A stretch of 64,000 bases of DNA from Polyangia bacterium (GTDB lineage: Bacteria; Myxococcota_A; Polyangia; Nannocystales; Nannocystaceae), in assembly GCA_030424595.1 (NCBI GenBank), contig JAUHWG010000011.1, positions 1,130 to 65,129 of the forward strand. Reading direction: 5' to 3'. Positions 41,957 to 51,283 of the stretch are shown piece by piece; the stretch's first letter is position 1; the number at the start of each line of letters is the position of its first letter. The notes beneath the pieces were generated by a model that searched no databases, was not told the DNA's origin, and saw nothing but the letters and a program-made list of their open reading frames with translations. Both the position numbers and the translations under genes were made by a program.

Positions 41957-42183
41957 TGCAGAACCGACTGAAGGAGCTGCGGGCCGTCAACGGATGGAGC
42001 CAGGCGCACTTGGCCGATCTGCTCGGCGTCAGTCGTCAGACCGTCAACGCGCTGGAGAAGGGGCGCTACGACCCCAGCCTGCCCCTCGCGTTCCGGCTGT
42101 CCCGGGTCTTCGACACACCGATCGAAGCGCTCTTCACCCCTGACGACGACGATCTGGGCGCCGCCGCGTCGGCCTCCACTTGA
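41956..42183 (+). CDS. XRE/Cro-type helix-turn-helix transcriptional regulator
   Basis: LRAVNGWSQAHLADLLGVSRQTVNALEKGRYDPSLPLAFRLSRVFDTPIEALF is a canonical HTH_XRE domain. Confidence 0.85.
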   Translation: MQNRLKELRAVNGWSQAHLADLLGVSRQTVNALEKGRYDPSLPLAFRLSRVFDTPIEALFTPDDDDLGAAASAST

Positions 42184-42286
42184 CCGGCGACTTGACCGTC
42201 TGCTCCTGTCGAGGGGTCGGGCGAGAATCCAACGATCGGCTTCGATCCATGGGATCGTCGGCCTTGCGCACGAAGGCGGCAAGGGC

Positions 42287-42471
42287 TCCTCGCGGCGGTC
42301 TCGGGTTGCCTCGGACGAGCAGTCCTTCGGGACATCCGGCGCGCCGTCAAGCGTGAGCACGGACTCGCCTCCGTCGCGGAGCTCCACGGCGGCGTCGTCA
42401 CGGTCGTCCAGCGCTTCCGCTCTGACCTCGGCCTCTACGTCCACCTCCATCTGCTTGTGACCGACGGCGCC
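42287..42471 (+). pseudogene. IS91-family transposase fragment F2 (about 62 codons, mid-region)
   Basis: LLAAVSGCLGRAVLRDIRRAVKREHGLASVAELHGGVVTVVQRFRSDLGLYVHLHLLVTDGAF is near-identical to F1; both ends are abrupt. Confidence 0.7.
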
Positions 42472-42730
42472 TTCAGGTGTCCCGCACGGAACTCAGTCTC
42501 AAACGCTGCATACAGAGTGGTCCGGTACGGAACATCGCGCACGGGGTGCATAGGGTGCATGGGCGCATGGCGCGCGCTGGGTAGCGGTTCCGAGACATAC
42601 CGCATGAGGTCATCTTCGCGGGTGGGAGGGCGGCTGTCTGCGGAAGGTATGGTATGCTGTGGTGTGCGGGAAGCAGTGCCCACCAGTATTCTTACTCGGA
42701 CGTGGTATCCGGCTATTGGTTTGAGTTGCC

Positions 42731-44872
42731 GTGGCGTGGGGGGAGTACCTCGATGGACAGGTACTCGGGCGGGTGGTGTATGGCAGGACTCTGTTGGTGA
42801 GGCAAAGATTGCCCCAGAGCGAAGGTGGTGGGCTGCTTTCACCACCCTCGTGTTTTTTTTTGCTCACAACAAACTGTACGCATTCCCATGGCACGGAGGG
42901 AGGCCCCACAGTATCGAAGGTTTTGGAGATACCAGGAGCGCAGGAGCGCAGGAGCAAGCTCATTCAGAGTATTGTGCGGCAAGAGTACGTCTCATGTCTT
43001 GACGACATTGCTCCTAGGACCGATGAGGAGCGAGCTCTTCTCGCGATTTGCTACGTCTCTTTGCGCGAGCAGAGGGAGGCTGCCAGCCTCATCTTGCAGG
43101 TAGAGCCAGGCTCGAAGTGGCGTGATGTTGCCGAGGCTGTTGTCGGGCTCTCCCGTGCCCAGCCGTCCGGTGCGCCGCTCTCCGCGGAGTCGAGTTCGAT
43201 GCCTGCCTTGAACTGGCTCGTTGCGCTCCTTCACACGCGGTTGTCCCATCCTGATGATGCAGTCCGAGTGATCGAGGACTTGCTTGAGCGAGTCAAAGAT
43301 CCCTCCTGGCGCGCAGAGCTGTTGGTCCTGATGGCTGAGGCGCTCCAGCGGAGGGGGGAGCGTGAGAGAGGGCGTGAGGTACTGAAGAGCGCACTACAAG
43401 AGCACGGGGAGTCGGTGAGAGCTCTCGTGAGCCTATCTCTCGGCGCAATTGAGGCGGGGGACTTCGAGGGGGCAAATGAGTTCGCAGCGCGTGCCGTGGG
43501 ACTTGCGCCGCGTTCCTCCCCGGCAAGGTTCGCCTACTGGAAGGCGCGCATTCGGAGTGACCGCGGGGTTCCGCCTGGGTGGCTTGACTCGCAGGCAAGG
43601 GAGTTCGCGGAGTTTGTAGCCAAGTCCGCCTCGGAGACATTCTTCCTGGCAGAAGAGCTGGAGGCCCGTGGTGAGAGTGAGCTGGCATTTTCTCTCTTTG
43701 AGTTCGTAACTTTACGGTTTGCTCGCTCGAGCTTAGCGAATAGTTCTCACTATCGAGCTGCGCGTATTCTTGTGGATAATCCGGGTCTTCGGAAGGACTC
43801 AGAAACTGCGGAACTCTTGGCCAGCTATCTAGCTCGGTCAGACAGTGACAGTGCTATGTTGCGGACGGATGCGTGCTACTGGCTCTTCGACTTCGTTGCG
43901 CGGGGGGAGGTGCCGCAGGGGTCTCCCTCCCTTGAGCACCTCGCCCAGTGTGGGAGTGCTCCAGAGGCCACTGCAGGACACGTTCTACAGCGCAAGAACG
44001 AGATAGCGGTTGGGCTCGCAGGTTTCTCGGAGCAGCGCGAGCTGGCACGGGAACTCGCGCTAGGGGTGATAGAATCGCTAACGGATGCACAGAAGGAGAT
44101 TCGTCCTAATAATATTCTTGCCCGAGCGCACTTGGCCCTGGCGCTTGTGGCTGCGCAGGGATCGGAGGAGAGAGAACTCTTGGTGCATGCTGAGAAGTCC
44201 CTCAGCCTCGTTTCAACCAGTCGCGAGGTCGATTTTCGAACGATACTAGCGAGGCTGCTTATTCGGCAGGAGAAGGCATCACTGGCTTCTTCGTTCGCTG
44301 AAGCTTGCCTTCAACACCCAGACTGTGTTGAAGCGGCGAGCCTCGCGTATGAACTCGAGTACGGCAGCCTTACGGGGTTCGGCGGATATCTCCGGAAGAA
44401 GCACAAACAGCTTCTTGTGGACCGGCAAAAGATGGTCCTTGGGACCGCCAAGCAAGCAGTGGTCACTATCCCTCTGATGGACCTCGTGGACGTCCATGGT
44501 GAGCCCGGGGATCTTCCGTCGCAGGGGGCCCTGGCCATTGGTTTCTGGAACATTGACTGCGCCCCATGTCGTTGGGAGATGCCCGAGTTCCAATCCATCG
44601 TAGATGCAGCTGAGCGGAAGCAGAACCATACCGTCATATCAGTGAATGTCGCAGATAGTCCGGAGCGTGTCCGCAAGTGGATGGACGAGGAGGGCTACAA
44701 TTTTCCTGTCTATTTTCTAAAAGGAGAGTCGCCTGTTCGAGAGTTTCCCACAGTTTGGTTTGTCAATCGTCAGCGTAACCTTGTCTTCGAAACTACGGGG
44801 CTGCAGGAGAAGACTTGGTTTGAGATTGAGAGTTCCTGGCGCATGGACTTTATCGAGAAGGGGCACGAGTAG
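42731..44872 (+). CDS. Large protein with N-terminal TPR-like alpha-helical repeat region and C-terminal TlpA/ResA-like thioredoxin domain (WNIDCAPC)
   Basis: About 55% GC versus about 70% background; the thioredoxin fold has a CAPC active site followed by the typical TlpA C-terminus; the true start is probably downstream of 42731 (around 42900), as there is no clear ATG. Confidence 0.6.
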   Translation: MAWGEYLDGQVLGRVVYGRTLLVRQRLPQSEGGGLLSPPSCFFLLTTNCTHSHGTEGGPTVSKVLEIPGAQERRSKLIQSIVRQEYVSCLDDIAPRTDEERALLAICYVSLREQREAASLILQVEPGSKWRDVAEAVVGLSRAQPSGAPLSAESSSMPALNWLVALLHTRLSHPDDAVRVIEDLLERVKDPSWRAELLVLMAEALQRRGERERGREVLKSALQEHGESVRALVSLSLGAIEAGDFEGANEFAARAVGLAPRSSPARFAYWKARIRSDRGVPPGWLDSQAREFAEFVAKSASETFFLAEELEARGESELAFSLFEFVTLRFARSSLANSSHYRAARILVDNPGLRKDSETAELLASYLARSDSDSAMLRTDACYWLFDFVARGEVPQGSPSLEHLAQCGSAPEATAGHVLQRKNEIAVGLAGFSEQRELARELALGVIESLTDAQKEIRPNNILARAHLALALVAAQGSEERELLVHAEKSLSLVSTSREVDFRTILARLLIRQEKASLASSFAEACLQHPDCVEAASLAYELEYGSLTGFGGYLRKKHKQLLVDRQKMVLGTAKQAVVTIPLMDLVDVHGEPGDLPSQGALAIGFWNIDCAPCRWEMPEFQSIVDAAERKQNHTVISVNVADSPERVRKWMDEEGYNFPVYFLKGESPVREFPTVWFVNRQRNLVFETTGLQEKTWFEIESSWRMDFIEKGHE

Positions 44873-45173
44873 TCGCACCACGAGGGACGGTGCTACGGCT
44901 ACGCGATGGTCGCTCTGGAGGCTGAGGCTGGAAGAACGCCTAGGAAGCGATTCCCTGAGGTGATGTGCCGACCTGTCGACCTCAGAAGCTGAGGCTCACC
45001 GGAGGGCGCTTAGGACGTTCTATCTGGGAATTAGGGCCAGCGACCGAGTAGCGGGAGCTGTCTCGATCCCGGCTCTTTGCGGGCCGTCCCCCAGAGGATC
45101 GAGGAGCGGCACCACGACCGGTGGCCATGAGACGCAACGGCGATCCAGACGCCCAGTCGGCGACTTCACGAAG

Positions 45174-45395
45174 ATGAAGGACCACAAGGTGCCGACCATG
45201 ACACCGCGCCGCATCGGCTGGGCACACCTCCTCGCGCGGGTCTTCGCCGTCGACGTCACGGTCTGCTCGAAGTGCGGCGGGCGGATGAAGATCCTCGAGG
45301 TCGTCACCGATCCCGGCACCATCGCCGAGCGACCGCACGGCGCCCGCGCGCCGCCACGACCCTGTCCTCCTGGGCAGTTGAGGATGTTCGCGTAA
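45174..45395 (+). pseudogene. IS91-family transposase C-terminal fragment F5
   Basis: RIGWAHLLARVFAVDVTVCSKCGGRMKILEVVTDPGTIAE matches the conserved IS91 TnpA C-terminus (RVF.iD...C..CGG.m.i); preceded by an in-frame stop. Confidence 0.7.
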
Positions 45396-45659
45396 GCGCG
45401 TGCCGAGGGGTCGCGCTCGGCTTCGCGCGTCCAGCCGTCGACGTCGCGTCGCGAGGCCCGGCAAGGGCGGTGAACTGGCCTACGAACGCATCTCGCGGGA
45501 CTGTTGAAGCGGTTGGCGCACCTCGTGGAGCGTCCATGCGCCGTCAGGGCTTTAGCCTCCACGAGCCTCCGAGTACCCGGCGCCTTGCCCGAATTTCCGG
45601 CTTGAACTTCTTAACCGCCGCCACGGAGCGGCGGCGTGTCATGATCACCGCTTCGAAGG

Positions 45660-46742
45660 ATGTCACCCCGACCCCGCATCCGCTGGCCGCTCGGCCCGCT
45701 CCTCGCGCTGACCCTGGGGATCGGCTGCGAGCGCGCTGGGCCGACGATCGAGGCCGCGTCACCCGGCGAGGCGCAGGCCGTCGAAGCGGCGTCGCCCGGC
45801 GTCGCCGAGCCCGCCGCGCCTCCAATCGAAATCACCCTCGAGATCACGCAGACGGCGGTCGTCGTCACCCACGTCGAGGCGCTCGACGAACCCGGCGACC
45901 CCCCGCGCGAGCGTGGGCCAGCGCGCTTCGAAATCGCGACGATCCTCGCGGGCGAGCGCAGCGACGAGCGTGAGCCATTCCGCAGCGAGCTCGCGCGCCT
46001 CCACGCCCGGGCCACCGGGCGCGCGGACCCGGCCCCGGAGGACGAGGACGCCGCCGAGGGCGAGGACCAGCGCCTCCTCGTCCGCGTCACCGACGACGTG
46101 GGCACCCGCAAGGTCCAGGAGGTCCTCGATCGGGCGCTCCGCGCCGGCCCGTGGGAGCTCACGCTCGAGGTCCAGGGCCCGGGCGCGCCGCGCCTCGTCC
46201 CCCTCCTCCCCTACGCCTTCTGCGCCTGCCCGATGCCCGAGGGGACGACCTGGTGCGCCGCGCCGAGCCTGCGGATCGACGAAGCCGGCGTGACCCTCCT
46301 GGCCACCCCCGACCTCCGGCCGCCGCCGGGCTGCCACAAGACGATCCCGAGGGTGGGTCAGGAGCGGCCGCCCTTCGCCGCGGCGATCGACTGGCGCAAT
46401 CGCGTGATCGCGGGACCCGAAGGCGGCTGCCCGAGCGCGACCATCGACCGTCGCCGCGTCGACCGCGACACGCTCCGCGAGCGCCTCGTCGCCCTCCACG
46501 ACGCCGCCCCCGGCTGCGGCTGGGCCGAGGTGGCGGTCGACGGCCAGATCCCCTGGGCGCGGGTCGCCGAGGTCCTCGCCGCGCTCCACGAGACCTTCGG
46601 CGTGCTCCGGATCTCCTTCCGCGACCCGACGCCGACGCCGGACCGCGAGTGCGCGCGGGCGCTGACGATCGACGCTCTGCGCCCCGCGAGCGCGACCGGG
46701 TCGCCGCTCGCCCGCCGCCCCGGCTGCCGCGAGGAGCGATGA
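45660..46742 (+). CDS. Hypothetical lipoprotein
   Basis: WPLGPLLALTLGIGC lipobox; 360 aa with several Cys pairs. Confidence 0.5.
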   Translation: MSPRPRIRWPLGPLLALTLGIGCERAGPTIEAASPGEAQAVEAASPGVAEPAAPPIEITLEITQTAVVVTHVEALDEPGDPPRERGPARFEIATILAGERSDEREPFRSELARLHARATGRADPAPEDEDAAEGEDQRLLVRVTDDVGTRKVQEVLDRALRAGPWELTLEVQGPGAPRLVPLLPYAFCACPMPEGTTWCAAPSLRIDEAGVTLLATPDLRPPPGCHKTIPRVGQERPPFAAAIDWRNRVIAGPEGGCPSATIDRRRVDRDTLRERLVALHDAAPGCGWAEVAVDGQIPWARVAEVLAALHETFGVLRISFRDPTPTPDRECARALTIDALRPASATGSPLARRPGCREER

Positions 46743-46756
46743 CGCCGCTCGCCGCC

Positions 46757-46950
46757 AGTGCGTCAGCCGGCCGGTGAGTTGTCCGCGGCTCCGAGATGGG
46801 ACGCGACCGCCCCGCTGTTCGCGAGTCCCTGTGATGAGATCACGCCACTTTACTGAGCAGTCCTCTCCGGCCGCCGCATTGCAGCGCCGGGAGCGATGCC
46901 GGTGTGCGCCAGCTCGGGGGTCTACGTCCCCCGCGACACCCACCGCTGGG
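46757..46950 (+). mobile_element. IS91-family element left end (about 140 bp of 5-prime UTR/terminus plus the first about 17 tnpA codons), copy 1
   Basis: About 95% identical to 53278..53475; encodes M(P/L)VCASSGVYVPRDTHR; here it is followed by an inverted transposase mid-fragment rather than the rest of tnpA. Confidence 0.65.
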
Positions 46951-46989
46951 GCGCCGACGACCACGGGATTGAGCTTGATGATCAGCGCG

Positions 46990-47375
46990 TCGACCTCCTG
47001 CATGCCGTAGGCGGAGACCGTGTGCGGCGGCGGCTCGGGGTCGGGCGCGGCCGGGGCGAAGCGCGGGCCTCGCAGCGAGTGCTGGACACACGCCGCGAGC
47101 GCGGGGGCGAGGTCGAGGTCGTCGTCCGCGTCCTGGCCGGCGGCGGCGAGGACCTCGTGCACGCGGGCGAGGATGGCCGTCATCCGCGCGGGGGTCGGCG
47201 GCGGCGCGGCCCGGAAGGGCAGCTCGTCACCACGCTCCTCGAAAGCGCCGTCCGTCACGAGCAGATGGAGGTGGACGTAGAGCCCGAGGTCGCTGCGGAA
47301 GCACTGGACGACCGTAACGACGCCGCCGTGGAGCGACGCGACCGAGGCGAGCAGCCCGGCGCGTGCAGTAGACTC
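46990..47375 (-). pseudogene. IS91-family transposase fragment F3 (mid-region, inverted relative to the adjacent left end)
   Basis: ...AGLLASVASLHGGVVTVVQCFRSDLGLYVHLHLLVTDGAFEERGDELPFRAAPPPTPARMTAILARVHEVLAAAG...PPPHTVSA; ends at the same PPPHTVSA breakpoint as F1. Confidence 0.7.
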
Positions 47376-47380
47376 GGCCC

Positions 47381-48490
47381 ATGACCTTTCAGCGAGTTTG
47401 GGTGACCCACCCCGACACCCGACACCGCAGCGGGCGCTTCGAGCTGCGCAGCCGCGACGGCGGGCTGAGCCTCATCGAAGACGGCGTCGCCGAGGCGCGC
47501 TGGGCCCAGCCCCGCGCCGAGGTCGAGGGCTCCCCCCAAGCGGTCTGGGTCAGCGATCGGGGCTGGTCGGCCGTGCTCTTCGGCCACGATCAGCTCGTGC
47601 TCATCGACCCGACCGGCGCGCGCACCAACTCCGTCAACGCCCTGAAGCTGCTGCGCGAGGACCCCGCCTCGAAGCCCTTCATCAACTGGACGACCGCGGG
47701 CGAGTACTGGGACACGGCGCCCTGCGGCTCGTTCTTCGCGGTCGAGGGCGAGACCCGCTTCGCTCTGCGCTGCTACTGGTCCCGGCGGGTCCTCCTCGCG
47801 CCGGGCGCGGACCCCCGGATCGAGCCGACCCCGGCCGAGGTCGCGCCCCTGCGCGCCGCCGAGCTCGCGGCGGCCCGCGGGTTCATCGAGGAGCTGCTTC
47901 GCCTCGACCCGCCGGGCGAGGGCGAGGACGAGATGCCCTACCTGCGCGCCCAGGTCCGAGCCCAGGCGGGCGTCGCTATCTTGGGCCTCGAGCTGCAGGA
48001 CCAGCCCGACCCCGCGCTGCACTCGGCGGCCTGCGACGCGATCCTGCGCGTGCTGTCCCGGCCCGCGCACCCCAGCATGTGGACGTCGATCCGCGACGTG
48101 TCTCAGGCCGGCGAGCTCCGCCGCCTCAGCTACGCCCAGGACTCGCTGCGCCTGGCCTGCAACGACGCCCTGGTCCGCCTCGGCCGCGATCCCGCGCCGG
48201 CCTCCGGCTACGGGCTCGCGTGGACCGACGCCGGGTCGACGTTCCCCGATCGTCCCGCCGACCACGTGCGGGCCCTGTACGCCCTCGCCGAGGGCCAGAC
48301 CCACGCCGAGGTCTACGCCCGCGTCGGCGCCCCCGACCTGATCGAGTTTCACCGGGGGACTTGGATCTACGACACCGCGACCTCGACACGGACGCTGCGC
48401 TTCAGCGGGGGCGCCGTCGCCGAGATCCGCGATGACTCCGAGCGCGCGTGGCTGCGCGACGGCAGCCGCGAACAACACCGCAACCGCTAG
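47381..48490 (+). CDS. Hypothetical protein
   Basis: ATG start; diverse composition (W/F/Y/C); the antisense ORF 47255..48493 is Gly/Val/Arg junk. Confidence 0.5.
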   Translation: MTFQRVWVTHPDTRHRSGRFELRSRDGGLSLIEDGVAEARWAQPRAEVEGSPQAVWVSDRGWSAVLFGHDQLVLIDPTGARTNSVNALKLLREDPASKPFINWTTAGEYWDTAPCGSFFAVEGETRFALRCYWSRRVLLAPGADPRIEPTPAEVAPLRAAELAAARGFIEELLRLDPPGEGEDEMPYLRAQVRAQAGVAILGLELQDQPDPALHSAACDAILRVLSRPAHPSMWTSIRDVSQAGELRRLSYAQDSLRLACNDALVRLGRDPAPASGYGLAWTDAGSTFPDRPADHVRALYALAEGQTHAEVYARVGAPDLIEFHRGTWIYDTATSTRTLRFSGGAVAEIRDDSERAWLRDGSREQHRNR

Positions 48491-48894
48491 CACTCACGCC
48501 AGCAGCTCGGCCAGCGGCGCGCGGTCGAGGGAGGGATCGCCAAGTCGCGGATCAGCTCCCCCTCGCTGGTCCGCAGCCCCGCCGCACTCCCGAGGGTGTT
48601 GAGCAGCCCGCCGTGGTTGACCACCGGCGCCCCGGCGCTGGCCCCGACGTAGGCCCCCTGAGCCAGAAACCCGCCCGCGCTCCCGGCGAGGATCGTGGGG
48701 ATGTTCTCGCGGGGATGTTCTCGCGGGTGTGCCCCGGGCCCCAGCGCGATCGCGATGGCATCCCCGACGCCGACGATCGCTGCCCCGACGAGCCGCCGTG
48801 TTCGCGTCCACTTCAAGGCACCCTCGCGCCGAGGTGCCGCGTTGGCGGACATGTCCACGGGCACCTCAGAGAGTCGCTCATTTGGGGTTTGCAT
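48487..48894 (-). CDS. Glycine-zipper (SlyB/17-kDa-antigen-like) small membrane protein, possibly frameshifted
   Basis: GAAIVGVGDAIAIALG and AGSAGGFLAQGAYVGASAGA glycine-zipper segments; contains a 14-bp tandem duplication (48693..48722). Confidence 0.35.
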   Translation of the reverse strand: MQTPNERLSEVPVDMSANAAPRREGALKWTRTRRLVGAAIVGVGDAIAIALGPGAHPREHPRENIPTILAGSAGGFLAQGAYVGASAGAPVVNHGGLLNTLGSAAGLRTSEGELIRDLAIPPSTARRWPSCWREC

Positions 48895-48909
48895 ACGGCT
48901 TGGATGGAG

Positions 48910-49983
48910 TCAGCCCTTGATGATTTGGGCTACCAGTGAGGCCGCGATCGCGGCGAGCCCCGTGGGGCTAAGCTCGTTGTCGTAGAGGTGTAGCTCGGTC
49001 AGCTTAGTCAGGTATGGGGAGCGGATGAGGGCTTGGATGACCTCATCGCCAAAGGGGTTGCTGCCTAGATCAAGCGCGGTCAGGTGCGCCATGTTTGGGG
49101 AGGTTGCGAGGGCTTGGATGCCCTTAGCGCTGATCTTGTTTGTCGAGACGTCGAGCTCAGTGAGATGGACGATGAGCGCAGATTGGACGAGGGCTTGGAT
49201 GCCCTCGTCGCTGATGCCGTTATTGCAGAGGTTGAGCGAGGTGAGGTTCGCCATGTGTGGAGACAGAGCGAGGGCTCGGAGACCCTCGTCGCCGATACCG
49301 TTGCCTAAGAGCTGAAGCGAGGTCAACTTGCTTAGGCGTGGAGATTGAGCGATGGCTTGTGCAGCTTTTGTGCCTTCGGCGCTGCTGATCAAGCTCACGT
49401 CGAGCGAGGTCAGCTTGGTCAGAAATGGGGAGCGCGCGATGAACTGAACACCCTCGTAGCTGAGCTCATTGTCACTGACGTTAAGCGCCGTGAGGTCCGC
49501 CAAATATGGGGACTGAGCAATCGCCAGGGCGCCCTCATCACCGATCTCAGCTTGATGGAGTCGAAGCGAGGAGAGCCCGCTCAAGTAGGTGCAGTCAGCC
49601 AGGTCTCGTGCGCTCTGCGCATCAAGTCCCGTGTTGCTTAGGTCAAGCGAGGTCAACGTGGCGAGGTGTGGAGATTGAAAGAGCGCTGCAAGCTCGCGGT
49701 GTGTAAAGAATGTGTTACCCCGTGCTCCCCATGAGCGGACGATGGGCCAAGCGGCGTGGACCTCAATGTTTGGGTCGCTGAAGGTGAGCCAATGGTATGG
49801 GGCGTGGCGAGCAGAGGTGTCCTCGCGCAGCGCGCCTTCGAGGTAGGGCAGCGCGTGTGTCTTGATCAGCTCAGGAGGCCATGTGTCAAGCAGCTTGGTC
49901 AGCGACCCCCAGCGTGAGTGGTGGTCTTGCTCGGCGTGGATGAGGCTGCGCAGCTCGGAGAGCAGTTCGTTTGGGGTGGGCAT
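48910..49983 (-). CDS. Leucine-rich-repeat protein (ribonuclease-inhibitor type) with a repeat-companion-like N-terminal domain
   Basis: About 9 repeats of LxxLxLsxNxIgDEGaxALaxSPxLaxLT; about 55-58% GC, lower than its surroundings. Confidence 0.8.
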   Translation of the reverse strand: MPTPNELLSELRSLIHAEQDHHSRWGSLTKLLDTWPPELIKTHALPYLEGALREDTSARHAPYHWLTFSDPNIEVHAAWPIVRSWGARGNTFFTHRELAALFQSPHLATLTSLDLSNTGLDAQSARDLADCTYLSGLSSLRLHQAEIGDEGALAIAQSPYLADLTALNVSDNELSYEGVQFIARSPFLTKLTSLDVSLISSAEGTKAAQAIAQSPRLSKLTSLQLLGNGIGDEGLRALALSPHMANLTSLNLCNNGISDEGIQALVQSALIVHLTELDVSTNKISAKGIQALATSPNMAHLTALDLGSNPFGDEVIQALIRSPYLTKLTELHLYDNELSPTGLAAIAASLVAQIIKG

Positions 49984-50110
49984 GGCGGTTGCGTGTGGGG
50001 GTTAGGGCTGTGTCTTGCAATGCGCGTGGGTCGAGCCGTGCAGGCGCCCGCTGGCACGGGCTCGACGGCGTCCGAGCGGTGCGAACGACGGTCGAGCTCT
50101 CGGCCGAGCC

Positions 50111-50881
50111 TCACGGAGGAGGGGCCGCGTCCGTCCTCGTCAGCGAGGCCGTCACCGCGCCCTCAGGGAGGCCATCGCAGACCTCGTCCGCGGTGAGCCC
50201 CCAGGTCGTGACCTCGTGTCCGCGCGGGCGCTGGACGATCCACTCGAGCGTCGAGAGCTCGTCGCAGCTGGCGATCCAGTGCGAGGCGACGTCGTACACG
50301 GCGTAGCCGACCTCGGCGAGGACGGCCACGCCGCCCGTGGTCAACGACGCGGAGGCGCCGTCGACAGTGAGTGTGATCTCGTGGAGCTGGTGCGGGTGGC
50401 ACAGGTCATCGCCGCAGTCCGAAGAGGCGATTACGTCTATCCGCTCGAAGCCGAGCTGACCGGAGCTCGCCGCGATCGGGAAGTCCTCATGAAGGGCGTA
50501 GACGAGGTGCTCGGGGTCGTCCTCGAGGTCCCAGAAGGCGAACCCGCGCAGCTCACAGACCGGGCCGGAGCTCTCGGTCTCGAAGGAGATCCGCTCGAAG
50601 GAGAAGTGAAAGCACTCGGGGACCTGGGGCTCCCAACCCGGCGGCGCCGTGACGGCGAGCGACCACTCGGGGGCGGCGTCGCAGGTCTCCCCGCACGGGC
50701 ACTCGACGAGCGTCCACTCGCCATCTCCGCCGCCTGCGAGGCGCCCGTCGAATTCGACCAACGTCACGCAATCGCTGCTGTCGCCGGTGTCGGTGTCGGT
50801 CGCTGTGCTCGACGTCGCCGAATTGCAGCCGACGAGGAGGCCCAAGGCGACACCGACGCTTCGATGCGCTGATCTCGGCAT
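50111..50881 (-). CDS. Hypothetical lipoprotein
   Basis: VGVALGLLVGC lipobox; Cys-rich. Confidence 0.55.
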   Translation of the reverse strand: MPRSAHRSVGVALGLLVGCNSATSSTATDTDTGDSSDCVTLVEFDGRLAGGGDGEWTLVECPCGETCDAAPEWSLAVTAPPGWEPQVPECFHFSFERISFETESSGPVCELRGFAFWDLEDDPEHLVYALHEDFPIAASSGQLGFERIDVIASSDCGDDLCHPHQLHEITLTVDGASASLTTGGVAVLAEVGYAVYDVASHWIASCDELSTLEWIVQRPRGHEVTTWGLTADEVCDGLPEGAVTASLTRTDAAPPP

Positions 50882-50893
50882 AACGTCCTTGTA

Positions 50894-51277
50894 TCACCCC
50901 AGCTCGAGATCCGGAGACGCGGCCGCGAGTTCGACGCAGTCCGTGCTGTCGACGATCGCCGCGCAGGCGGGCGGCCCCGAGGTGTCGGTCGTCGTCGCGT
51001 CGGTCGTCGTCGAGGTCGAGGTCGATGACGCGCCGCTCGCCGAAGACGAGTCGCTCGATGCAGACGTCGAGCCGGCGGTCACGGTCGCGGCCGAAGTCGA
51101 GGACATCCCGGACGTGCTCGCGGTCGACGCGGTCGACGCGGTCGACGCGGTCGACGCGGTCGACGAGGTCGACGAGGTCGTCGAGGTCGTCGAGGCGCTC
51201 CCCTCCGTCGCTACGCCGTCATCACCGGCGCAGCCGACGAGGAGCCCGAGGGCGAGGACACGCGGGACTTTCGCCAC
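50894..51277 (-). CDS. Ser/Thr-rich lipoprotein (paralogous signal peptide to the next gene)
   Basis: MAKVPRVLALGLLVGC; (STA)n low complexity encoded by tandem gcggtcgac repeats. Confidence 0.5.
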   Translation of the reverse strand: MAKVPRVLALGLLVGCAGDDGVATEGSASTTSTTSSTSSTASTASTASTASTASTSGMSSTSAATVTAGSTSASSDSSSASGASSTSTSTTTDATTTDTSGPPACAAIVDSTDCVELAAASPDLELG

Positions 51278-51283
51278 AGCCTG

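Noticed and set aside
45759-47258. 499-aa minus-strand ORF
   Set aside because: Only its first about 90 codons (IS91 mid-fragment F3) are meaningful; the remainder is antisense to the 45660-46742 lipoprotein gene.
47255-48493. 412-aa minus-strand ORF
   Set aside because: Gly/Val/Ala/Arg-dominated; the opposite-strand ORF 47381-48490 has an ATG start and balanced composition.
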